Of a stretch of 37,358 bases of DNA, positions 18,101 through 25,086 are shown one piece after another (within the stretch, counting starts at the first letter, position 1; each line of letters opens with the position of its first letter). This stretch comes from a virus: the UHGV virus genome UHGV-0063828; one strand, 5' to 3'. The notes under the pieces are model-generated. The model was not told the DNA's origin, did not search any database, and saw only the letters and a list, made by a program, of their open reading frames with translations. A program made the position numbers and the translations under genes.

Positions 18101-18683
18101 ATGGAGAGACCGACCTGCTGGTTTGTTGGTTGACTGTCAACAAAGCGTTGATAGTGCTCATGCTATTTGGAAAGCGGTTGATTGGGGGCGTAACTACATC
18201 GCTGCTATGGACGTTCATTGTCCCGGTGATAGTAATAATACTGCGGCAGCGGTTCTTCATGTTCAGGGTGCTGATTATCAATTCCATGCAAGTGGAGAAT
18301 TTCATGCCACTGGTAACGGAAACTTTAACGATGTTTATATTCGTTCCGATCGTCGTCTGAAAATTAATGTTGAAGACTACGAAGAAAATGCGGTAGATAA
18401 GGTAAATAAACTCAAAGTTAAAACCTACGATAAAGTTAAATCACTTTCTGATCGCGAAGTCATCGCACATGAGATTGGTATTATCGCACAGGATTTACAA
18501 GAGGTATTACCGGAAGCTGTTAAAACCGCAAAAATTGGTGGTCTTGATAACCCAGAAGAAATTTTAACAATTTCAAACTCCGCAGTGAACGCGCTTTTAA
18601 TTAAAGCGGTCCAAGAAATGAGCGAAGAAAATAAACTTCTTCGTGAACGTCTTGCTGCTATTGAGGCTAAATTATTTGGTTAA
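15165..18683 (+). CDS. Side tail fibre with C-terminal intramolecular chaperone (peptidase S74-like) domain
   Basis: N-terminal periodic KVDxIKxxTDATIAxN repeats (4 copies); last ~112 aa SDRRLKINVEDYEENAVDK...LAAIEAKL resembles the self-cleaving chaperone of T5 L-shaped fibre and endosialidases. Confidence 0.85.
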   Translation: MQSIQFKRTNVSGKKPTPEQLQVGEVAINLKDHVIFTKDRDHEVVQISVSPETHAALESKVDANKQELDSTIAVNDRNIHAKVDEIKQTTDATIAANHAEINNKVDVIKRETDATIEANKNKAASDLAGVKAELSDTINANKNAAAVATQELDTRINKKVDDIKSRTDATIASNDKAINDKVDLIKAETDRTIAANKVYAENQLTDTYNNLTGVIAANKQEAADNVAALTRDVEAKNTAIHSKVDNNKSYTDSELARLESRIDAADGSSDGKYIKKHVNTYTDGYLLSKTANYFDDPGARNLDYFGAFRMNDLAGHIAMILHVPHPSGVNHARGFEFTYGSNPHATVRTYGYDELGHLAYSHRMYHEGDKPTPAEIGAYSKAEIDRMFQKTINFGVETGWFKIATAFIPQNDGRSLKIRLIGGNGWNVGQTGQCNIIELVIRTSNGSPKGINFVAYHHVSGYENQFCAINTSDDTYDIYAYYFEFTNMVMAEYQASTGVNLTVLDRPEYVGEKPVADHIYDAYTIHSFNSFSNRGTLNFAGNHQGQYDIEHLNEQPTNAKKMLRRFRSSAPATIWHESVDDQNYRLATGYSDVNPQLLLSAVTGLHVKRLTLDGGVTGNSGIDIRRGPNESSHFNFMDYRTGQDVRNGWFGFGDGQTKDFIWWNDNGQNSINLIENGELHITGGKGQKIVMNSEVALSENARLAVKGGNYGLIFRNDGSDFHILTTGLGDSFGPWNTRRPFSYNFADGGLDLGGTETARCLHLGIDGSTRLEDNLLFKSGSRQSMDYMELVHWGNSNTGRNNVLSMRDSKGFLAEFERTGNNSIKTRFFGETFTDGTLYLNQMNNSSERFSINNWGNSEVGRAAVMEIGDSKGYHFYTERRTDNSLAFDVAGAFTVHGPNGITIKNSAGARHIWFRDDSDAEKAVIWATDDGLLHIRNNYGGHFSHHFQGAMIKVGERVPYAADQGLIRGEVSGGAYVAWRDRPAGLLVDCQQSVDSAHAIWKAVDWGRNYIAAMDVHCPGDSNNTAAAVLHVQGADYQFHASGEFHATGNGNFNDVYIRSDRRLKINVEDYEENAVDKVNKLKVKTYDKVKSLSDREVIAHEIGIIAQDLQEVLPEAVKTAKIGGLDNPEEILTISNSAVNALLIKAVQEMSEENKLLRERLAAIEAKLFG

Positions 18684-18722
18684 TTAAAATAGCGGGGAGA
18701 AATCCCCGCTAAGGATTCTTAT

Positions 18723-19019
18723 ATGGGATATTGGGTAAGTAGTGAAATTAATACTAAAATCGATGCTTTAAAATGGCATGTATTTGATATTCCTAACGGC
18801 TATGGTACTGCTCGTGCTGGTGTCGCTGTAATGCGTCATAATGCTGGTGGTGGGTGGTCTGATGCACATATTAACGTAGATGGTTTGACCGTTGCTCGTC
18901 GTCGTGGTGGGACCAATTGGGGATCTACTATAAATTCGTTTGTTCCTGCTGGCTGCACCGTCTCCTTTGGTTTAGGGGGTGAAGGTGGTGTTGAATATTT
19001 TAAATTCATGGAGTTTTAA
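18723..19019 (+). CDS. Small Gly/Trp-rich protein, paralog 1 of 3 (FDIPNG family)
   Basis: AAGGA SD; shares W..FDIPNGW and C-terminal T-V-S-F..G...YFKF pattern with the next two ORFs. Confidence 0.6.
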   Translation: MGYWVSSEINTKIDALKWHVFDIPNGYGTARAGVAVMRHNAGGGWSDAHINVDGLTVARRRGGTNWGSTINSFVPAGCTVSFGLGGEGGVEYFKFMEF

Positions 19020-19021
19020 TT

Positions 19022-19327
19022 ATGGCTGGATGGATAAATCAAAGAATGTCAAACGCTATTAGTATTTGGGCTAATGGTGGATATTTTGATATCCCCAACG
19101 GCTGGGTTACTGATTCATGCGGAATTGTTTTTGCTCATATGGAAGCCATTAACGGTGCTGGTGATCTTGATTCTGAATTGGCTGTAAATGGATTGATTGA
19201 ATCAGGTCATCATGCTGGTGATGCTGGGAGTTGGGGCGCTAGTTCTTTAGTTGGCGCTGGTGCTACCGTTAGCTTTACATTGGGTAAAGGTAGTTTGCAT
19301 TATTTCAAATTCAGGAGAATGCACTAA
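19022..19327 (+). CDS. Small Gly/Trp-rich protein, paralog 2 of 3
   Basis: Starts 3 nt after paralog 1 stop; conserved FDIPNGW core. Confidence 0.6.
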   Translation: MAGWINQRMSNAISIWANGGYFDIPNGWVTDSCGIVFAHMEAINGAGDLDSELAVNGLIESGHHAGDAGSWGASSLVGAGATVSFTLGKGSLHYFKFRRMH

Positions 19328-19629
19328 TGGCATTTTGGGTAGATGGCGCTTTGGGGACTAGGGCGGGTAAAGCAAATCAAGGATGGTTTGATATTCCTAA
19401 CGGTTGGACAGCCGACGCTTTCGGGACTATTTCATTCTGTGTTCATTCTTCCGGTGGTGGCGGCGGTGACTCTGAATTGTTTATTCATGGTTTTTGTGTT
19501 TCTGGAAGCCATAAGGGTCATGATTGGGGACAGATCCATTCTTGTATTGCACCGCAAGGAGCAGTAATTACAGTTAGCACAAATAGGGGGATCGCTCATC
19601 TTCGTTATAGACGTTTGAGCAATCGCTAA
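19327..19629 (+). CDS. Small Gly/Trp-rich protein, paralog 3 of 3
   Basis: TAATG stop/start overlap with paralog 2; AGGAGA SD; conserved FDIPNGW core. Confidence 0.6.
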   Translation: MAFWVDGALGTRAGKANQGWFDIPNGWTADAFGTISFCVHSSGGGGGDSELFIHGFCVSGSHKGHDWGQIHSCIAPQGAVITVSTNRGIAHLRYRRLSNR

Positions 19630-19683
19630 ATAAATAGAATTACGGGTATGTACCCTATTGTTTAAAATAGAAGGAAAAGAATA

Positions 19684-20154
19684 ATGACTACTAAACTTGA
19701 TATTTTTTCTGGTGGCCTCGTTGGTCTGTTTCTGCAAGAAGACGTAAGCAATAAAGACCTTGATGCTGAAACCTATCTGGAAATCCCAGAATGTGCGGCT
19801 TTCCCGGAAACTGGTGTAGAACGTTCTACTATCGATGTTCCTAACTTCGGTGGTCCGTATAACCGTAAGCTGGTTGGTCGTATGTCTGTACCGGATATCG
19901 AACTTTCGATCAACTACATGCCGGGTAACGAAGTACACGAAAAACTGATTAAAGCAACCGAAGACGGTAAGCGCGTACAGCTTAAAATTGCTTACTACAT
20001 CGACGCTACGAAAAAATCTGGTGTGCACATCGCTTATAACGGCTTCCTGTCTAAAACTACCATGACTGGTGGTGAGGATGCTGTAGTAGGCCGTACCTTC
20101 ACCTTTGTAGTAGATGGTGCTCCGGTTAAACAAGCTGTTTTCCAGAAAGTCTAA
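19684..20154 (+). CDS. Major tail (tube) protein
   Basis: 156 aa, strongly optimised codons like the capsid domain; precedes chaperone pair and tape measure; strong tetraloop terminator immediately downstream. Confidence 0.65.
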   Translation: MTTKLDIFSGGLVGLFLQEDVSNKDLDAETYLEIPECAAFPETGVERSTIDVPNFGGPYNRKLVGRMSVPDIELSINYMPGNEVHEKLIKATEDGKRVQLKIAYYIDATKKSGVHIAYNGFLSKTTMTGGEDAVVGRTFTFVVDGAPVKQAVFQKV

Positions 20155-20163
20155 TATTATCTA

Positions 20164-20188
20164 GCCATCCTTCGGGGTGGCTTTTTTG
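20164..20188 (+). terminator. Intrinsic terminator with UUCG tetraloop after major tail protein gene
   Basis: GCCATCC-TTCG-GGGTGGC followed by TTTTTTG. Confidence 0.7.
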
Positions 20189-20236
20189 TTTCCAATTCTA
20201 AATAAACATATCTAATTAACTTAAGAGGAAACAAGA

Positions 20237-20545
20237 ATGAATATTAATGAAATGTTAGCCGCACTCTCTCCGAAACGTGAATCTTTGACCATCGGTGGAT
20301 TTACTTTCTATGCTCGCCCTATGTCAGTAAAAGAATTTAACGAACATGTTTTCAATACCGATAAAGAAGATCGTGATGAACGTTCTATTCTTCGTTGTAT
20401 TGAAGATGAAGACGGTAAGCCGGTATTTGAATCTATGGAACAAGTTAAGGCACTGTATACTAACGTCCGCAGTGAATTAATCGGTTTGGTTGCTCAAGCA
20501 TCATTGATGCAAGATCCGGCAGTAATTGAAAACGAGGTAAAGTGA
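20237..20545 (+). CDS. Tail assembly chaperone (gpG-like position)
   Basis: AAGAGGAA SD; ~100 aa acidic protein between tail tube and tape measure. Confidence 0.6.
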   Translation: MNINEMLAALSPKRESLTIGGFTFYARPMSVKEFNEHVFNTDKEDRDERSILRCIEDEDGKPVFESMEQVKALYTNVRSELIGLVAQASLMQDPAVIENEVK

Positions 20546-20916
20546 ACCCGCTTCTGAATTTCTACTTTCGGCAAATGATGCGATCGGGGCTTAGTAAAGA
20601 TGAAATGGATAATATGCCAATCACTCTGTTTTGGAAATTATACATTTTCGACACCTACTTAGAACCACAAAGCCCCGCGTTTCATGATATGCAGAATGCG
20701 ATGTTGCAATATTCCATGTATATGACGTCGCAAGGAATGACACGCGAAACTGCACGTAAACTCAAGCCTAGCCAATTCCAATTAATTAGAGAAGAAAAAC
20801 TCTTTAAAACTAAAGAAGAACTGGAAGAAATTGCACGCAAGAAAGAAGAAGAACGTAAAGCGGCAATGATGAACATGTTCGATCCATCTTTGCTTGAGAA
20901 ACTCAGAAGCGGTTAA
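20542..20916 (+). CDS. Second tail assembly chaperone (gpT-like position)
   Basis: GTG start overlapping upstream stop (GTGA) with GAGG SD; in -1 frame relative to the upstream gene. Confidence 0.55.
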   Translation: MNPLLNFYFRQMMRSGLSKDEMDNMPITLFWKLYIFDTYLEPQSPAFHDMQNAMLQYSMYMTSQGMTRETARKLKPSQFQLIREEKLFKTKEELEEIARKKEEERKAAMMNMFDPSLLEKLRSG

Positions 20917-20927
20917 AGGGGTAATTT

Positions 20928-23357
20928 ATGACAAGACATATAGTAACAATGGAAGGGGATAATAGCGGCTTAAGGAAAAGCACAAATCAAGCAATTGATA
21001 TGCTTGATAACCTTGCGGATAAGGCATCTAAACTTGATTTTTCTGGTGGCTTATCTAGTTTAGGTAGCTCTCTCAGGGGATTGGGTGGATCTGCTAGTCT
21101 TGCCGTTGGTGGTGTTCTAGGTGTCACAGGGGCAATGGTTGGACTGGTTAAAGTTGGTGCTGATTACGTTAAACAGTATTCAGAAGTATCTAAGGCGACC
21201 GGACTCTCGATTGAATCCCTTCAAAGACTAGAAAAGGAATTTTCTGGCACTGGCCTAACAGTTGAAAAATTTGGTGATATCAACAAAGACACCTTAGATA
21301 AAATGGGGGATGCATGGGCTAACGGTGGTGGTATTGCCGATGACTTAGAATCGGTTGGGCTTAAGTTAGAAAACTATGCTCACTTCATGACAGATCCGCA
21401 AGGTGGTATGAAAGCGGCGATCCAAGTGTTCTATGACATGAAGAAAGCCGGAAAATCAATGGCTGAAATCAAATTCATGATGGAATCTTTAGCCAGTGAT
21501 TCAAGCCATATGACCAGCCAGCTTGAGAAATATAATAGTGCTCAAGAAGCGATGACCGCTATCCAGAATCAATCTGTTAAAGTCACCGAAGAAAACGCAA
21601 AGAAATTTGATAAATTCTCTAAGAATATCGATACTTTGGAAAATAACCTGAAAGGCGCAGCTATGACCATTTCTGGTCCTTTGGTTGATAGCTTAAACTG
21701 GTTATTTGACTGGTTTAATATTGATTGGGAAAAGAGTTCTCTATTCAGGGCATTAGACCGACTGAATAAAGAAGGTGCGACCGCTACGGGTGGTATTCTT
21801 AACGCCAACCATAAAGACGCTCAAAAGATTATTGACAAGTACAATAAAGAAAAGCGTTGGAATAATCTGGCAGATTGGGAAAAGGCCGCGATCCGTGGTG
21901 CTGGTGTCGATCCTCGTACTGCTGGCTTTGATGTAGAAGGATTTAAGAAACGTTTTGGTGGGTCTTATAAGAAAAATGGTGCTCTGATTGTCGTAGATGC
22001 TGGTGAACATCTGACACGCAAGGCAGATCCTAACACTGATTTAACTCTACCAAATAAACCAGTAAGACCAGAATCATTGGGTAAATCTGGCAACGAGAAG
22101 AAAGCCGAGGAAGAAGCCAAAAAGAAAGCGGAAGAGGCAGCTAAAAAGGCTAAGGAAGCCGCAGAAAAAGCACAGAAAGCACGCGAGGATGCAATCAAGC
22201 GACTGAATGCACTTGATGTTAAATTGCAAGGGCAAGTTGCAGCGTCTATCACTTCTCAAAATAGCCAGTTGCAAAACAGCTTAAAAGATGTGAACGACGC
22301 GTTAGCTCTGGGCTTAATCTCTCAGGAAGACGCAGCCGCGAAACGCCAGGCGCTAATCGATCAGAATACTGAAAACGTATACAAAATGGTTTTAGGTGCT
22401 GATCCGATTGATGCTCTGAATGCTTTAACACAATTGCAACAAATCAGGGACAACGAGCTAGAAAGCCATAAACGTTTACTTGATGGTAAAGCTATCTCCT
22501 ACGAAGAATATATGCGTCGTGTGAACGATACCGAGCAAAACTATTCTCAGATTGAAAATTCTTTACAGGGAATGGATGGTTATAAAACCAATCAATTAAC
22601 TAGTGGTTATGATTATCAAGACTCAAATAATCCGTTTGCTAAATTTAATGCAATCGATAAAGAGAAATCGGATGCTGAACAAGATTATAAGACCGATAAA
22701 CTCAAGATTGACGGTATTAATGATCCGGCTAAACGGATGGAAGCATTAGAAAAACTCAATGAAAACCATCAAAAACGGATGGCTGCAATTGAAAAGAAAT
22801 ATGCTGATGCTCGCCAGTCAATAGCCGATGATATGTATGGCGGTTTTGCTGCTGCAATGACTCTCTTCGGGCAGGAAAACACTAAAGCTATGCAGATGGC
22901 TTTCACTGCTCATAAAGCATTCTCCATTGGACAAGCGACGGTGAACATGTGGACGGCTGCTACCGATGCATGGAACGATCCGACCAACGTAACCACAGGT
23001 CAAAAAATCGCGGCTGCTGCATTGGCTGTTTCTCAGAACATGGGGAGCATCGCAAACATCAAGTCTACTAACGTTAGCGGTATGGCTCATGATGGTATTG
23101 ATAACATCCCTCGTGAGGGTACATGGTTGCTTGATAAGGGTGAACGAGTAGTTGATCAGCGTACTAACGGTGATTTGAAAGACTTCCTTGCTGCTCAAAA
23201 ATCAGGCGGTGGTAACTCTCAGCCGATTGAAGTTAATGCGCCTTTGAACATTAACGGCAACGTTAATAGCTCAGACAAGATGGTCATGGATGCTATCAAA
23301 CGTCACGCTAAGTTAGTTGCTCAGGCGGTAGAAGACGCACAACGCCGTAAGATGTAA
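20928..23357 (+). CDS. Tail tape measure protein
   Basis: 809 aa, long helical low-complexity regions (KKAEEEAKKKAEEAAKKAKEAAEKAQKAREDAIK); canonical position after chaperone pair. Confidence 0.85.
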   Translation: MTRHIVTMEGDNSGLRKSTNQAIDMLDNLADKASKLDFSGGLSSLGSSLRGLGGSASLAVGGVLGVTGAMVGLVKVGADYVKQYSEVSKATGLSIESLQRLEKEFSGTGLTVEKFGDINKDTLDKMGDAWANGGGIADDLESVGLKLENYAHFMTDPQGGMKAAIQVFYDMKKAGKSMAEIKFMMESLASDSSHMTSQLEKYNSAQEAMTAIQNQSVKVTEENAKKFDKFSKNIDTLENNLKGAAMTISGPLVDSLNWLFDWFNIDWEKSSLFRALDRLNKEGATATGGILNANHKDAQKIIDKYNKEKRWNNLADWEKAAIRGAGVDPRTAGFDVEGFKKRFGGSYKKNGALIVVDAGEHLTRKADPNTDLTLPNKPVRPESLGKSGNEKKAEEEAKKKAEEAAKKAKEAAEKAQKAREDAIKRLNALDVKLQGQVAASITSQNSQLQNSLKDVNDALALGLISQEDAAAKRQALIDQNTENVYKMVLGADPIDALNALTQLQQIRDNELESHKRLLDGKAISYEEYMRRVNDTEQNYSQIENSLQGMDGYKTNQLTSGYDYQDSNNPFAKFNAIDKEKSDAEQDYKTDKLKIDGINDPAKRMEALEKLNENHQKRMAAIEKKYADARQSIADDMYGGFAAAMTLFGQENTKAMQMAFTAHKAFSIGQATVNMWTAATDAWNDPTNVTTGQKIAAAALAVSQNMGSIANIKSTNVSGMAHDGIDNIPREGTWLLDKGERVVDQRTNGDLKDFLAAQKSGGGNSQPIEVNAPLNINGNVNSSDKMVMDAIKRHAKLVAQAVEDAQRRKM

Positions 23358-23361
23358 TTAA

Positions 23362-23406
23362 AGCCCCCATAGTCATAAATAATCATAAAACTATGGGGGC
23401 TTTTCT
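23362..23406 (+). promoter_or_regulatory. Long hairpin whose 3' arm contains the only SD-like sequence of the downstream gene
   Basis: AGCCCCCATAG (23362-23372) pairs with CTATGGGGGCT (23391-23401); ATG at 23407; related hairpin CCCTCATA/TATGGGGG at 30128-30149 precedes ATG at 30156. Confidence 0.5.
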
Positions 23407-23967
23407 ATGTTCAAATCAAAGAATATTAAAATCACAGATTTTACTCTTAAATCAAAACAGCCTTTCTTCAAGGCGCAATCTATCTCCGGTAAGTTCCAGC
23501 GTCGCTTTACTGGCATCCATTTTTACGAAGCAGAATTTACCGCGAATTACATGGCTCAGGATATTAACGAAGTAAAAGAATTTGTAGCACGTCACCTTTT
23601 TGGTCGTCCTTTTAGTGTGCCACTGTCTTACTTTTCAAAATATACAGGTGATGTACGCCAGATGGTTACGGCTGCTGCTGGTACTGCTCGCGGTGGGCGT
23701 AAGGTGAGAATCTCCAACTTCACCGGAACACTGAAAGCGGGAACTATCATCCAGTTTGAGAACCACAAGAAAATCTACACGATCACCGAAGATGTGAAAT
23801 CAGGTGGTGAAATGAAACTCTTCCCTAACTTGCGTCAGAACGTCCTGGCGGGTGAGGTGATCAAGTATCAGAACGTAGAAGGTGAATTTGTTCTCAAAAC
23901 TGAAAATATCGATTGGAAGATCGCCCAGATTGGCAAGATGAAATTTGAATTAGTGGAGAATGTATAA
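23407..23967 (+). CDS. Minor tail protein (tail-tip, gpM-like position)
   Basis: First gene after tape measure; its only SD-like run (GGGGG) lies in the 3' arm of an upstream hairpin. Confidence 0.55.
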   Translation: MFKSKNIKITDFTLKSKQPFFKAQSISGKFQRRFTGIHFYEAEFTANYMAQDINEVKEFVARHLFGRPFSVPLSYFSKYTGDVRQMVTAAAGTARGGRKVRISNFTGTLKAGTIIQFENHKKIYTITEDVKSGGEMKLFPNLRQNVLAGEVIKYQNVEGEFVLKTENIDWKIAQIGKMKFELVENV

Positions 23968-24620
23968 TGGCAACTATTCAGGAATCATTCAGCAAACTTT
24001 GCACTAATCTGGACTTCATCGAGGTATACAACGACCAGACAGGTCAGAATGTGTCTAGATTGACGCTACCGCAACTTTTCTCCACTGGATCGATGTTTCA
24101 CATTATCGAAGTGATAACAGCGTCAGGGGACGTTCTACGGCTTACTGATGGGTATTTCGATTTGGACTATAACGGATTTACGTATCTCGCAACGGGTGAT
24201 TTTCTTCAAATCTCATCGAATACCGAAGAGAAGGAGATCAACAACAACGGGATTAACGTAACTGTTTCTAACGTTCGCGAAGAATACATTACCCTAATTC
24301 GAAACAAGCAATTCGATAAATCTGATGTAAAAATCGAAATGGTGTTCCTGAACCCTAACACGGGCAAGGTTGAAACCACTTACCCTGTTTTCCGTGGGGT
24401 AGTCGATTCCATCGGGATTAACATCGAACATGAAGATGATGAGTGTAAAAACGAATCAGAATTTCAGCTTAATAGTATCTGGGAAGTTCTAGATAAAAAC
24501 GCTCGAAGTCATGCTTCCGATGGTATCCACCGATCCTATGTTGGAAACGAGAACGATCTATTCTTCTCCCGTGCCGGGAAGTGGAACTCAGAAAGCAAGT
24601 GGCATTCATCGAAGAAATAA
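23967..24620 (+). CDS. Minor tail protein (tail-tip, gpL-like position)
   Basis: ATG overlaps upstream stop (TAATG); GGAGAA SD. Confidence 0.55.
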   Translation: MATIQESFSKLCTNLDFIEVYNDQTGQNVSRLTLPQLFSTGSMFHIIEVITASGDVLRLTDGYFDLDYNGFTYLATGDFLQISSNTEEKEINNNGINVTVSNVREEYITLIRNKQFDKSDVKIEMVFLNPNTGKVETTYPVFRGVVDSIGINIEHEDDECKNESEFQLNSIWEVLDKNARSHASDGIHRSYVGNENDLFFSRAGKWNSESKWHSSKK

Positions 24621-24666
24621 TCCCTTCTCCCTAAGCCTAGTAAATAACAGCATGGAGGTATTCAAC

Positions 24667-25086
24667 ATGCTAAAAACTAGGCTTATCACTGATTACATCA
24701 ATTCTTTAATAGGTCAGGAGTTCGTTCAAGGCGAGAATGATTGCAATCTAATTGCATGTAAGATCATCGATATTCTCGCTGGCACTGACCTATATAATTC
24801 TCTTTATAAAAAATATTCAACTAAAGAAGAAGGCTTGAAAATCTGCAAAGAATTAAGCGGATACACAAACATCCTTCAACCAATTAAGAAACATTTCAAA
24901 TTAGTCACTGATGATTTACAGGACGGCGACTTACTGGTCACAGCCCACAAATTAGGAAACCGCAAATATTATTCCGTAGTTCCTCATTATTCCGGTTATG
25001 GCCTCGTTGAAGAAGATGGTATCTGGATGACCATTCCTGTTTCAGACATTGACTATGAACAAGTTTATAGATTCGGGGGTGAATAA
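24667..25086 (+). CDS. Tail-tip protein with NlpC/P60-like Cys/His motif (gpK-like position)
   Basis: Start placed at ATG 24667 with GGAGGT SD; ENDCNL...DGDLLVTAH...PHY suggests a Cys-His peptidase fold. Confidence 0.5.
   Translation: MLKTRLITDYINSLIGQEFVQGENDCNLIACKIIDILAGTDLYNSLYKKYSTKEEGLKICKELSGYTNILQPIKKHFKLVTDDLQDGDLLVTAHKLGNRKYYSVVPHYSGYGLVEEDGIWMTIPVSDIDYEQVYRFGGE

Noticed and set aside
20527-20545. Canonical -1 programmed frameshift site at the end of the first tail chaperone gene
   Set aside because: No X-XXY-YYZ heptamer found in the short window where both frames are open
21569-22431. Several minus-strand ORFs inside the tape measure gene
   Set aside because: Antisense shadow ORFs in a low-complexity helical coding region
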